Shown: in pieces, positions 23,087 through 31,830 of the stretch | Layout of the letters: each line of letters begins with the position of its first letter | How positions within the stretch are numbered: position 1 is the first letter of the stretch | Virus record (IMG/VR): IMGVR_UViG_3300009709_000002 | Span: 64,001 to 128,000 of that record | Strand: one strand, 5' to 3' | Length of the DNA: 64,000 bases | Source: a virus | Taxonomy: Duplodnaviria; Heunggongvirae; Uroviricota; Caudoviricetes | Notes under the pieces: model-generated | What the model was told of the DNA's origin: nothing | What the model saw: the letters and a program-made list of their open reading frames with translations, nothing else | Databases searched by the model: none | Made by a program: the position numbers and the translations under genes

Positions 23087-23719
23087 TTATGCTACCTTGT
23101 CAGCGATCCAAGAGCCGATCTCTTCCGATAAGAGAACTTCCGAATGCGCCATATTGCGATACTCAGGAAAGAAGTTTGGATCTTTCTTGAAGTGCATCTC
23201 TGATTCAACTGAGACAACACCATCATTTTCAACCCAGCCCCAATTCAACGATTCTGTAAAGGTCACGATAGCATGAACTTTACAGGGAAGCTTCTGAGCT
23301 TTAAACTCCGTCATGTACCGATTGTACGAGCCAACATTCCGAATAAACCTAGAGTGTGGTTTGAAAATCGACATGAGAGATGCTGCTTCACTACCACCAA
23401 ATGGTGTGGCCATTGTGATGATTTCAATATCTAGCTCACCCGAAAACTTCTTCAGATCTCTAGCAGCTGAAACGCAGACGACACCTCCAAATGAGTGTCC
23501 AACCATCCAAATCTTATCATACTTGTGAGCGTTGCTTTTTAGCGCACTCACTAGGTCACCAACGATGTCCTCAGCTAAGTCTTCTACTACATCATACTCG
23601 AACATTGCAATTTCATGATCGGATGATGGCGGTAAACCTAGCTCAATGATTTGTCGTAGGTAGTTCCAGCTTTTATTGGAGCAAAAAGCGCCGTGTACAA
23701 ATACGATTAGAGTCTTCAT
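23087..23719 (-). CDS. Alpha/beta hydrolase (lipase/esterase-like)
   Basis: FVHG, GHSFG nucleophile elbow, ATPFGGS, NDGVV, catalytic His near C-terminus. Confidence 0.85.
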   Translation of the reverse strand: MKTLIVFVHGAFCSNKSWNYLRQIIELGLPPSSDHEIAMFEYDVVEDLAEDIVGDLVSALKSNAHKYDKIWMVGHSFGGVVCVSAARDLKKFSGELDIEIITMATPFGGSEAASLMSIFKPHSRFIRNVGSYNRYMTEFKAQKLPCKVHAIVTFTESLNWGWVENDGVVSVESEMHFKKDPNFFPEYRNMAHSEVLLSEEIGSWIADKVA

Positions 23720-23804
23720 AAGATCTATTTATTGCAGTTAGACCTTATGAAGTTTGTTATCGGTCAGTAAGGAGATTATATTCCTAAGACCGTGTAGAGT
23801 ACAT

Positions 23805-24119
23805 TTATTTTAATCTTTTTGATGCCTCTACAGCTTGCTCGTAAGAGCTACCAACTTTGGCATAGAGATCAGATGGATGCATTCCTTCGACCCACTCTTG
23901 ACCATCGCTGATGTGGAATTTTTCAGCATCTATGTGGTGTTGCTCACATAACGTGATGCCATTTTCCTTCACATAACCACCATTTGGCATCAAATTCCTG
24001 TCAGTTATGTGATGAGCGTCAAGATTGATCTTCACGGTGCAGAAGACGCATTTGTAATTGTCACGTTTGAACACCACAGCCGCGAAGTTCTCACGAATTT
24101 TCTTTTTCTTGACGCTCAT
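23805..24119 (-). CDS. HNH endonuclease
   Basis: RDNYKCVFC..DAHHI..NGITLCEQHH. Confidence 0.8.
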   Translation of the reverse strand: MSVKKKKIRENFAAVVFKRDNYKCVFCTVKINLDAHHITDRNLMPNGGYVKENGITLCEQHHIDAEKFHISDGQEWVEGMHPSDLYAKVGSSYEQAVEASKRLK

Positions 24120-24125
24120 ACGCTC

Positions 24126-24521
24126 TTACAAGTAGTCGCGAACGTAAGCGACGACCTTCGTGAACGAAGGCGACTTGACGCTGTCGTTGAGATTGATGAT
24201 CTCTTGCGCTTGTTCTTCAGTGATGCCAGCCCACTTGAGAATGCGCTCCGGCAGCGCTTGCGTTTCGCCACAGATCGAGTACAGCTTGCTGATCGGAACT
24301 CCTTCCTGGCCTTCTTTAAGCGTCGGAATGTCGTCATACGGGACCTCGACGAAACGACCGTGCGCGCGGTTCTTGTATTCCTCGTACATCTCAGCGAGCA
24401 CGCCGAGAGCACAGTGGCACAGCACACCACGTGGCGTTTCATACTTCAGCGAACCAAGACCCTTGCGGAAAGCGCCATTCTGGAGGTTTTCGAGAAAGGC
24501 TTCTTTGATGTTTTGTTTCAT
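24126..24521 (-). CDS. Hypothetical protein
   Basis: Start MKQNIKE with GAGG SD; CHCALGVL motif; fits between neighbours. Confidence 0.65.
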   Translation of the reverse strand: MKQNIKEAFLENLQNGAFRKGLGSLKYETPRGVLCHCALGVLAEMYEEYKNRAHGRFVEVPYDDIPTLKEGQEGVPISKLYSICGETQALPERILKWAGITEEQAQEIINLNDSVKSPSFTKVVAYVRDYL

Positions 24522-24523
24522 GA

Positions 24524-25375
24524 TTACCTCTGAATTGTTGGAACCCACCAGGTGGTTCGCCCGGTAGATTTATCACATTGAACGTCATTTCCGTAGACGT
24601 CTTTGCGACGGCCATAAACTGCTGATCCTGCGACCAGCTCTTTTCGATGCTCTACTGGAACTTCTAACCCATGACGCATGAAGATCATGTACGTGTAAGG
24701 TGTCGCGCTACCAGTCTCATACGCGAACTTGAGACACTCTTTAATCGCCTTGTACAGCAAGACGAGCTCTGCTTCAGAGCAGTCAATCGGTCGCCGATGT
24801 GGTGAGATACGAGCAGCGTAGAGGGACTCTGACTTATAGATATTGCCTACTCCGCACAGCTTGCCTTGATTCATCAGCAGCTCAAAGAACGGAGTTTGCG
24901 AATTCTTTGACATGAGGTCGAGCCATTGTTCGACGGTCGGTGGATCTGTGAGCATGTCATAGCCGAGAGCCTTGATCTTGCGAGCAGCTGCTTCATTCGA
25001 AACAACCTTCAGCGTGCCAAAGTTCCGCATATCAACGTAGCTACAGTCAACATCATCGCCACCAGCGCGAAGTATCACTCTTTCATGCTTCTTGTACTTG
25101 GCGTACTTTTCCTGCATGAGAGTCGAGGCGAGCGTCCAGCCTCCAGACATCCCAAGCGTTGACAAGATCGTCTTACCATTGTCTAGCTTGATGGTAATAA
25201 GTTTCCCTTTACCATCAACTTTCAGGACCTTACAAGGCAACTGGAGCTCAGCTAGACCGACGATAGGCTTCTTGGTGTAACGGCCTGTTAAAACATCAAC
25301 ACGAGAAAGTACTCTTCCCTCGATCTTCGATTGAAGAAAGACTCTTTCTCGTTTAACCTCTGGGCCTTCTGGCAA
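24524..25375 (-). CDS. Fpg/Nei family DNA glycosylase/AP lyase
   Basis: N-terminal PEGPEV, GKGK, LGMSG, DMRNFG, H2TH motif GVGNIYKSESLY. Confidence 0.9.
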   Translation of the reverse strand: MPEGPEVKRERVFLQSKIEGRVLSRVDVLTGRYTKKPIVGLAELQLPCKVLKVDGKGKLITIKLDNGKTILSTLGMSGGWTLASTLMQEKYAKYKKHERVILRAGGDDVDCSYVDMRNFGTLKVVSNEAAARKIKALGYDMLTDPPTVEQWLDLMSKNSQTPFFELLMNQGKLCGVGNIYKSESLYAARISPHRRPIDCSEAELVLLYKAIKECLKFAYETGSATPYTYMIFMRHGLEVPVEHRKELVAGSAVYGRRKDVYGNDVQCDKSTGRTTWWVPTIQR

Positions 25376-25383
25376 GTTGCACC

Positions 25384-25794
25384 TCAGTTGAGATATTCTT
25401 TCAGTTGGAGTTCGCAGCCGATGCCATACTTGTTGAAAACTTCCAGAGCGGCACGATGGGCTGCGATGTGGAGGCCATGTTCTTGGCGGCCTTGCAGCTT
25501 GTAATTCACGTTGACGACGCCCTCACGATCAGCTTGCCCGATCTTATTGAAAGCACGGAAATTCAAAGACCGACGATCCCTGAACTTCAAGTAAGCATTT
25601 CCGCATAGATCGAGCAAATAGCCGATAGGCTCTCCGATCATCTCGCCAGTGAGCAAATCAGCTTGACCGACTTGGTACTCAGGACCTTTCGATCGTGCAA
25701 CATCCAGCCAAATCTGAGCACCCTTCTGCGCGGCCTCATTTGCTTCTTTCATGATAGCCGTAACTTCGTCATAGGTAAGAGCCATTTTATGCAA
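25384..25794 (-). CDS. Hypothetical protein
   Basis: 136-aa ORF behind sigma70-like promoter, GAGG SD. Confidence 0.6.
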   Translation of the reverse strand: MHKMALTYDEVTAIMKEANEAAQKGAQIWLDVARSKGPEYQVGQADLLTGEMIGEPIGYLLDLCGNAYLKFRDRRSLNFRAFNKIGQADREGVVNVNYKLQGRQEHGLHIAAHRAALEVFNKYGIGCELQLKEYLN

Positions 25795-25826
25795 CCTCTC
25801 ATGAGGAGTTAATTGACGATAAAGTC

Positions 25827-25855
25827 ATTATATCAAATAGTGGCTAAGAAGTAAA
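25827..25855 (-). promoter_or_regulatory. Sigma70-like early promoter
   Basis: TTTACT-N17-TATAAT with TG extension. Confidence 0.75.
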
Positions 25856-25860
25856 CAACA

Positions 25861-25883
25861 AAGGTGGCTTGTGGCCACCTTTG
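25861..25883 (-). terminator. Intrinsic terminator
   Basis: AAGGTGGC-TTGTG-GCCACCTT hairpin with T-rich tail on - strand. Confidence 0.65.
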
Positions 25884-25902
25884 ATTTCACTACTGGCTTT
25901 TG

Positions 25903-26925
25903 TTAAGCCGTGATAGTTTCCAGAAGCTCATGGATTTTTGCCTTGAGCATAGATGTGCTACCGGTGATCGGTTCGAATCTGTCACCGTAAAACTGGCGTC
26001 CACTTTTCGTCGACTGTTTATGCCCGGTCTTGATCATGTAGTACGCCTTCACGACGTTTTCGACCGGCTTCACGCTGAGAGTGTTCTCATAGATGCGCAG
26101 GTCAAGCATGTCGCCGAATTCGGAGAGGATTTCCTGCTTCTGGTTCGGAAACAACCCGTAAATGACGACCTTCGGCTTGCAGTTTCCTGCTTGCGGAATG
26201 TCATCAACCGATGCGCTTGGCCTGCCGGTGTGCTGCGGTGTTTCATCATCGAGCACCGTCGCCGAAACCGTGGAGCCTTCAGGCGCTTCGACGTTCAAGT
26301 GAATTTGAGGCCGGAACGTTACGAGCGCTTCGGTCAACTTATGCACGTTGAACTGCAGATCGGCCATCGTCGAAACCAGCGCTTGTTGCGTATTGACGAG
26401 AGCTTGAAGGATGAGCTGATCTTGCTGCATGGAACGCTGAGTATTCTGCTCGAGTAGAGCCAGTGTTCGATTCAGCAAAGTCACAAGTTCACCGGATTGC
26501 GGTGTACCTTCAACCTGCTGCGGCGGAGGATTAAACGGATTGGCTGGAGCTTCAGGCTTATTCTTCTTCGCGAAGAATTCGGACTTGGGAGGTTCGGCGG
26601 GAGGGGTAGCTTGAGGTACGATTTTAAGCGGCTTAACGTTCCGCTGAGCTTCGGCATGTCTTTTGTTCAACCATTCAATCATCGCCGCTGTTTCTTTGGG
26701 ATGCTTGAATGAACTTATAGGCCTATGCCTGTTCGTCGAAGGAAGAACGATCGATTGACCGTCGAAGGCGAGTTGTGCCAGGCCGTGACCGTCGATGATC
26801 GGGAATTTCTTCCCTTCATGCCTTAGCACCTCATACACATGCTCGCGAACTGCTTCTCGCTCTTCATCTTGCCAAAAGATTGTCCTGCGGATTTGCTGCG
26901 TTGCGGTCTGCATGGATATCTCCAT
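25903..26925 (-). CDS. Hypothetical protein (Pro-rich linker, coiled coil)
   Basis: 340-aa ORF flanked by promoter 26944-26972 and terminator. Confidence 0.7.
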   Translation of the reverse strand: MEISMQTATQQIRRTIFWQDEEREAVREHVYEVLRHEGKKFPIIDGHGLAQLAFDGQSIVLPSTNRHRPISSFKHPKETAAMIEWLNKRHAEAQRNVKPLKIVPQATPPAEPPKSEFFAKKNKPEAPANPFNPPPQQVEGTPQSGELVTLLNRTLALLEQNTQRSMQQDQLILQALVNTQQALVSTMADLQFNVHKLTEALVTFRPQIHLNVEAPEGSTVSATVLDDETPQHTGRPSASVDDIPQAGNCKPKVVIYGLFPNQKQEILSEFGDMLDLRIYENTLSVKPVENVVKAYYMIKTGHKQSTKSGRQFYGDRFEPITGSTSMLKAKIHELLETITA

Positions 26926-27019
26926 GTGGTTGGTAATGATATTATTTTAACATAAAGATGAAGCAAAGTATACACAAAATGCTCCTTCTAGGAGCATTTT
27001 GTCTTAAATCTGGCTGGAG

Positions 27020-27523
27020 TTAGCGGACAGTGACTTCGCGAGCTGGTCCACCCGGTGCACGGCCAGTTGCCTTGTCGACCGGCGGTTTTTCAACCTTGGT
27101 CGTGATGCCTTCGTTGACTAGCTCGATACGAACGAGCGGAATGTAGCTGGCCGACGTATTTTCATTGAAGAGCTTGGCCGGATCATGCTTCGGCAAGACA
27201 CCGTAGGCGACGCAGCCGTTCATGTACTCGATGCGCTCGGTGACGATACCGGTGAACCCAGTAGCTTTGTCGCGGGCGAGGGAGCCGAGCGGAATCGGGT
27301 TTGTTTCGGCGATCGGCGTGATGCGGTCGGATACACCGTCGTCGATCACGTTGACGAAGTGGTTGTCGACGAACATCGCCTTGGGGTATTCGCTCTTATC
27401 TTCACCGCACGACGGCTGGATAGCGATCTGGACGTTGCCGTTCAGCTGTTCCACACGCTGGATTGCGATGCCGCGATAGCCGCAGGTTGCATCTTCTACA
27501 GTTTGTCCGAGCTTGATTTCCAT
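27020..27523 (-). CDS. Hypothetical protein with two tandem SH3-like repeats
   Basis: Internal duplication LG....D...G..GI...R.E..NG.V. Confidence 0.7.
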   Translation of the reverse strand: MEIKLGQTVEDATCGYRGIAIQRVEQLNGNVQIAIQPSCGEDKSEYPKAMFVDNHFVNVIDDGVSDRITPIAETNPIPLGSLARDKATGFTGIVTERIEYMNGCVAYGVLPKHDPAKLFNENTSASYIPLVRIELVNEGITTKVEKPPVDKATGRAPGGPAREVTVR

Positions 27524-27559
27524 TTTGCTTGCCTTTTCCTACGTGGTTAAAGTAAAGTC

Positions 27560-27588
27560 ATTTTAACACATAAGACTGGCATTGTAAA
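27560..27588 (-). promoter_or_regulatory. Sigma70-like promoter
   Basis: TTTACA-N17-TAAAAT. Confidence 0.7.
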
Positions 27589-27591
27589 TAC

Positions 27592-27616
27592 AAAAGGCTT
27601 CTTTTTGAAGCCTTTT
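27592..27616 (-). terminator. Terminator closing the tRNA region
   Basis: AAAAGGCTTC-TTTTT-GAAGCCTTTT directly after the last tRNA. Confidence 0.75.
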
Positions 27617-27620
27617 GTTT

Positions 27621-27703
27621 TGGTGCCCGCGATCGGACTCGAACCGACAAGCTTGCGCGGCGGATTTTAAGTCCGCTGTGTTTACCAATTTCACCACGCG
27701 GGC
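27621..27703 (-). tRNA. tRNA-Leu(TAA), canonical
   Basis: GCCCGCG acceptor, GCGGA-CTTAAAA-TCCGC, variable arm, TTCGAG, ACCA. Confidence 0.95.
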
Positions 27704-27710
27704 AGACGAC

Positions 27711-28103
27711 TTAAGCTGGAACTTCCTGAGTAGCTAACGCTGCTCGACCAGCTTCAGTGATCTTACCCAAATCAGTGATCCACTCGCGGTTGAGTAAGTA
27801 ATGCATGACATTTTCATATGCCAGACACGCTTCCCACTCACCGGTGTCGGTAAACTTTGTGCAAACTTTGAGCACGTTCACTTCATCATCGCGATGAACT
27901 TTCGAGTCAGAGAAACCATTAGCATCACGTGGCATCACACGCTTGTACTGCATGCTCACGAACGTAGATGTTCGGCTAGCGTTGATTCCGTAGCAGGTGA
28001 AGCCACCTTCATCCATTTCTCGCTGAAAGTTATCAGCTTCAGCGCGGTCATACGTAGTGAGCGCTTTGTACTCCATGGGTGCTAGACGGAGCTCACTCAT
28101 CAT
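27711..28103 (-). CDS. Hypothetical protein
   Basis: 130 aa, overlaps stop of the YqeY gene. Confidence 0.6.
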   Translation of the reverse strand: MMSELRLAPMEYKALTTYDRAEADNFQREMDEGGFTCYGINASRTSTFVSMQYKRVMPRDANGFSDSKVHRDDEVNVLKVCTKFTDTGEWEACLAYENVMHYLLNREWITDLGKITEAGRAALATQEVPA

Positions 28104-28537
28104 TGCAACCGATCAAAGACAGCGGCTGCGAGCTTGCCATCATAGTTGCCTGCGTGGTTTTCCTTCAGGAACTTCATCACGCTGCCCTTCGGTTCAGCCT
28201 TGATCGCGCAGCCGAACTTTTCGATGAGGATGGCTTCCAGCTCAGCTTCCGACAGTTGCTTCGGCAAGTAGCTGTTGAGGATAACTTCTTCAGCACGAAG
28301 ACGTTCCAGCTCAGGCTCATACTTCGACACGCCCTGCGTGAAGCGGTTGTCATCGAGGAATTTCTTGATGAGGCTGACAGCGTGCAGGTCGCTCTTCGGT
28401 TCATGCTTCAGACCTGGACGGCTTGCGTCAAGATCGATCTGGCCAACAAGCGTGCCGAGCAAGTCTTTCGCGACTTGGTTGCGGTCTTTCATCGCTTGAA
28501 TGCGAGCAGCTTTCAGCGTTTCATATAGCTTTGTCAT
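28100..28537 (-). CDS. GatB/YqeY domain protein
   Basis: LKAARIQAMKDRNQ..E..ILNSYLPKQLSEAEL..KGSVMK..GNYDGK pattern. Confidence 0.85.
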   Translation of the reverse strand: MTKLYETLKAARIQAMKDRNQVAKDLLGTLVGQIDLDASRPGLKHEPKSDLHAVSLIKKFLDDNRFTQGVSKYEPELERLRAEEVILNSYLPKQLSEAELEAILIEKFGCAIKAEPKGSVMKFLKENHAGNYDGKLAAAVFDRLQ

Positions 28538-28555
28538 ATCAACCTCTCTTTTATT

Positions 28556-28713
28556 TGGGTGGGCACCCCGCGGGATTCGAACCCGGGTCAGCTACAAGCT
28601 ATCGCAGATTCAATCTTGAGGGAGAGTCTAGAATCGCACTCAAAACAACCTGGTCTTTCCTGTATTGCAACGGCTTATCGGCCGCCGGCTTTTCCAATTA
28701 CCATAGGTACCCA
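28556..28713 (-). ncRNA. tRNA-like RNA with 78-nt variable arm
   Basis: Acceptor GGGTACC/GGTGCCC, D-loop with GG, arm GCGGC-CGATAA-GCCGT, long hairpin insert, GGTTCGAATCCC T-loop, CCA end. Confidence 0.75.
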
Positions 28714-28718
28714 TTAAA

Positions 28719-29021
28719 TTACTGCTTGTAAGGATAGTTGCAGCCCTTACGCAGCTTAAGACCTCTCGTGACTTTGCTATCCCACCGCGAAAACTTCGAT
28801 CGACGATAGAAATGTCGATGAATCTCAGCCGAGTAGTCACCTTGAGCATAGTGCAGCGCCATCTGAGGCGAGCTATACCACGTCGGTGAGCACATTCGCT
28901 TGATGCGACCATCTAACGATTGTACGAAATACTCGTAAGCTTCACGAGCGCCATAGCTTACCAGGTAGTGGTCAGGCATGACCTGCACTACCAACTTCCC
29001 ATACCGTCTTAGAAGTCTCAT
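28719..29021 (-). CDS. Hypothetical protein
   Basis: 100 aa, ATGA coupling to upstream ORF. Confidence 0.55.
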   Translation of the reverse strand: MRLLRRYGKLVVQVMPDHYLVSYGAREAYEYFVQSLDGRIKRMCSPTWYSSPQMALHYAQGDYSAEIHRHFYRRSKFSRWDSKVTRGLKLRKGCNYPYKQ

Positions 29022-29329
29022 TTTGTGATCTTGAGGAGCTCTTTCAGCTTCGCAACGACATCAGCCGGAGTAGCAGTATGGAAAAATGAGGCCAGCTCAT
29101 TACCTTTCTTGTCGGTGAACGTCAGCCACTCAGGTGTTTTACCCTTGTAGTGGACGTAGCACTTAACGACTGCTTCGCAAGTCATCGTGTGAATTACTGA
29201 TCGTCCAACATCAACGATCGCCTTGCCCTTTAGCTCGGTGAACGCTAGCTTGGCATGCTCGATAAACAGAGAAGCACTCCAACCCTTTGCGTCCAAGAAT
29301 TCATCCACGCTCTTGCTAAGCTTTGCCAT
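29018..29329 (-). CDS. Hypothetical protein
   Basis: 103 aa in tightly packed operon. Confidence 0.6.
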   Translation of the reverse strand: MAKLSKSVDEFLDAKGWSASLFIEHAKLAFTELKGKAIVDVGRSVIHTMTCEAVVKCYVHYKGKTPEWLTFTDKKGNELASFFHTATPADVVAKLKELLKITK

Positions 29330-29330
29330 A

Positions 29331-29516
29331 CTACCCCTCGTAGAACTCTATTTTTACGACCGGAACCACGACATCACTGATGTGTTCCCACTCAACAGAA
29401 ACAAACTTCAGTTTCTCGAATGCAGCGTCCGGTAACTTATTCACGATATCAGCTAAAACCGCCAGCTTGTCGGTAGATTTTGATTCTGACCGATTGCAAA
29501 TTTCGACTAAACTCAT
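29331..29516 (-). CDS. Hypothetical protein
   Basis: 61 aa, abuts downstream ORF. Confidence 0.5.
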   Translation of the reverse strand: MSLVEICNRSESKSTDKLAVLADIVNKLPDAAFEKLKFVSVEWEHISDVVVPVVKIEFYEG

Positions 29517-29562
29517 GGTACATCCAGAAAAGATATTATAAACTACCAGTGCGGCTTTGTAA

Positions 29563-29745
29563 CTACTTTTCTTTCAACTTTCGAATGCCGAAAGTGCGAA
29601 TGTCAGCCGGTTTCAGGCGGCCATACTTCTCTAATATGATGAACTTACCAGTGCGTTCGAGGAACTTGTCCTCGATTATCTCACCAGTTCGTAGAACGAT
29701 CCGCACCGTCGTACCTCTTCGGCAGGACGTGTGCGGTTGTCTCAT
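29563..29745 (-). CDS. Hypothetical basic protein
   Basis: 60 aa, ATGA coupling. Confidence 0.55.
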   Translation of the reverse strand: MRQPHTSCRRGTTVRIVLRTGEIIEDKFLERTGKFIILEKYGRLKPADIRTFGIRKLKEK

Positions 29746-30107
29746 GATGTAAAGTAAGCGCCGTTGAACAGCTCGTCGACCGTTTCAGCACCGAGATTCA
29801 ACATGGCGTTGACTCGATACTCTCGGTCGGGGTTGGCATTGAGGTGGATGTTTAAATCCGTGACGAATTCGTCGGTGAGCATGGTGTTCGGGATTTGCAC
29901 GTTATTGAACGTGTCCCATGAACGAATCTCCGCGGTGATGATTGCATTCTCGACGGAGATGATACGAACATCTGCTAGTGCCAACGACATGAGGTTATCC
30001 TTATGAGTAAGTACTGGCGGAAAACGGAGGTCTCGATCCCCAAGCCGATTTCTCGACTCCCACTGATTTCGAATCAGGTCCAGGCGCCCGCCTAGTTCGT
30101 TTTCCAA
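29742..30107 (-). CDS. Hypothetical protein
   Basis: 121-aa ORF, start uncertain. Confidence 0.5.
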   Translation of the reverse strand: MENELGGRLDLIRNQWESRNRLGDRDLRFPPVLTHKDNLMSLALADVRIISVENAIITAEIRSWDTFNNVQIPNTMLTDEFVTDLNIHLNANPDREYRVNAMLNLGAETVDELFNGAYFTS

Positions 30108-30112
30108 TTGAA

Positions 30113-30349
30113 TTAGCTGTGCTTCTTGTGAGTAGCTCTAGCTAATTCTATGAATTTTTCTTTGTCTTTTGCAAGACCTTTGAAACGATGATACAGCTCA
30201 AATGCTTCTTTGCCGACGATCCACTTGGAATGGGAACCACGTTCGCCTGGTTCCCTGATCCAGATGTAGAAATCCGTCGTTCTTCCAATCACAGCGTAAT
30301 GCGTCGTCGATTTGTAAGTTCCAACTTCCAGGTCAAATTTCATTTTCAA
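30113..30349 (-). CDS. Hypothetical protein
   Basis: GGAGG SD, packed operon. Confidence 0.55.
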   Translation of the reverse strand: MKMKFDLEVGTYKSTTHYAVIGRTTDFYIWIREPGERGSHSKWIVGKEAFELYHRFKGLAKDKEKFIELARATHKKHS

Positions 30350-30611
30350 CCTCCGTCATTTCTGCTCGACGCTTAGTTTCAGCGTTCTCATGAAAACGAA
30401 CACGAGTACGAACATACTTCTTAGCTCCAGCTTTGTTCTTTCTGGTGCGCTTCTTAGCGCTCACAGCAGACGTGTCTGGCACATGAGCTACTGCTGAAAT
30501 GATCTTGTCAGCGAGCTCAGAGTGTTCAAATCCACCACCAACAACGTACTTTCGTTGAAAGCTATTTGCAGCTCGTGTATCTTTGAAGCCACGTTGATGA
30601 TTCGTTTTCAT
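30333..30611 (-). CDS. Hypothetical basic protein
   Basis: Start MKTNHQRG with GGAG SD just after tRNA-Ser. Confidence 0.6.
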   Translation of the reverse strand: MKTNHQRGFKDTRAANSFQRKYVVGGGFEHSELADKIISAVAHVPDTSAVSAKKRTRKNKAGAKKYVRTRVRFHENAETKRRAEMTEVENEI

Positions 30612-30623
30612 GATCACTCCAAT

Positions 30624-30714
30624 TGGCGGAAAAGTACGGAATCGAACCGTTGCCAACTTACGCCAGCAGAACTCCTTTCCAGGGAGACCCCATCACCATC
30701 AGGGAAACTTTTCC
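30624..30714 (-). tRNA. tRNA-Ser(GGA)
   Basis: GGAAAAG/CTTTTCC-GCCA, loop CTGGAAA, long variable arm. Confidence 0.85.
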
Positions 30715-30722
30715 GTTTCTAG

Positions 30723-31034
30723 TCAAGCAAAAGCTGGACCAGGGAATCTCAATGTGTAGTACGGTTCAAGGTACTCACATGAATCTTCAGCTTCTGGGTA
30801 AAAACAATTCTTTTCCCAGTCACGTAATGCTTTGCGCCTCGGCCAATAGAAGTCCGTAATGATGCTCAGAACTTTACTATAAGCTTGTTCTTTGGTGCAG
30901 AAGGTGAAATATGCTTTCATATCACCTTCACGCAGAGCTGCAGCGATACCAGCTTTGCAAATTTTGATGACGTACTTCAGCTCATCAGCCGAGATGTTGT
31001 CGATGAGAACTTGAGTGTCGAGTAAAACTCCCAT
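30723..31034 (-). CDS. Hypothetical protein
   Basis: GGAGG SD, 103 aa. Confidence 0.6.
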   Translation of the reverse strand: MGVLLDTQVLIDNISADELKYVIKICKAGIAAALREGDMKAYFTFCTKEQAYSKVLSIITDFYWPRRKALRDWEKNCFYPEAEDSCEYLEPYYTLRFPGPAFA

Positions 31035-31045
31035 CGTAACCTCCG

Positions 31046-31258
31046 TTAAACTACTTCTTCCAAATGAGCGACTGGAATCGTGAAGCTCGGATAGTCACCA
31101 TTTACATCATGCGTCACCGAGATGTGTTGAATTCCGGTGAAACGAGTATCATCACTAGCCAGACCATAATCATGCTTCATCAATTCATACACGATCTGGC
31201 CTTCAGTTACTTCGCCGCTTGAATTTTCAGCATTCAACACTTTGTACTTTTTGACCAT
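31046..31258 (-). CDS. Hypothetical protein
   Basis: Likely start MVKKYKV; DYGLASDDTR motif. Confidence 0.55.
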   Translation of the reverse strand: MVKKYKVLNAENSSGEVTEGQIVYELMKHDYGLASDDTRFTGIQHISVTHDVNGDYPSFTIPVAHLEEVV

Positions 31259-31529
31259 GTTTTTCTTTTGGTATGTGTTTGTAGGTTCTCGGATCATACA
31301 GCTCATCGGTAAAATGCACGCCGATCTTATAATCCCAGAATTCAATCTTGTACTCACGACCCTCAAGCAGCTTACGAGTCATGTGCTTGTAGCTTCCATA
31401 AACAACACCATCAGTGCCTAAAGTACTCGTCCACATGAACAAATACTTCCAAAGCGTAGCTTCTGATTTCACCAAGGCGGCTTCAAGAGCTGCTTCTGGA
31501 TCTTTCTGAAATTCTTCTAGTGTCGTCAT
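31227..31529 (-). CDS. Hypothetical protein
   Basis: 100 aa after the tRNA-Arg-like gene. Confidence 0.55.
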   Translation of the reverse strand: MTTLEEFQKDPEAALEAALVKSEATLWKYLFMWTSTLGTDGVVYGSYKHMTRKLLEGREYKIEFWDYKIGVHFTDELYDPRTYKHIPKEKHGQKVQSVEC

Positions 31530-31537
31530 AGTAAACT

Positions 31538-31725
31538 TGGCAGCCCCGGCTTGGAATTGAACCCGCGACCCTCAGATTAGAAATCTGCCGCTCTAACGAA
31601 CGTATGTTGCGCTACCATCTCTGGTCATCAGCCTATGCATAAGCTTCAGAGTTTCAATGCAGTCTTCACACGTTGCGCTGTTTCATCTATGATCACTTGA
31701 CAAAACACCACTGAGCTACGGAGCC
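31538..31725 (-). tRNA. tRNA-Arg(TCT) interrupted by a ~111-nt insertion in the D-loop
   Basis: GGCTCCG-TA-GCTC-AGTGG-[31707..31597]-TTA-GAGC, CAGA-TTTCTAA-TCTG, imperfect T-arm, CGGGGCT-GCCA. Confidence 0.75.
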
Positions 31726-31737
31726 ATTGTAAAAATT

Positions 31738-31825
31738 TGGCGGAGGCTGTGAGATTCGAACTCACGGAGCTGTTACACTCGCCGGGTTTCAAAGCCGGTA
31801 CCTTAAACCACTCGGTCAAACCTCC
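31738..31825 (-). tRNA. tRNA-Ser(TGA)
   Basis: GGAGGTT/AGCCTCC-GCCA, loop TTTGAAA, long variable arm. Confidence 0.9.
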
Positions 31826-31830
31826 AGATA

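Noticed and set aside
31597-31707. Group I or II self-splicing intron in tRNA-Arg
   Set aside because: Too short, and no recognisable catalytic core elements.
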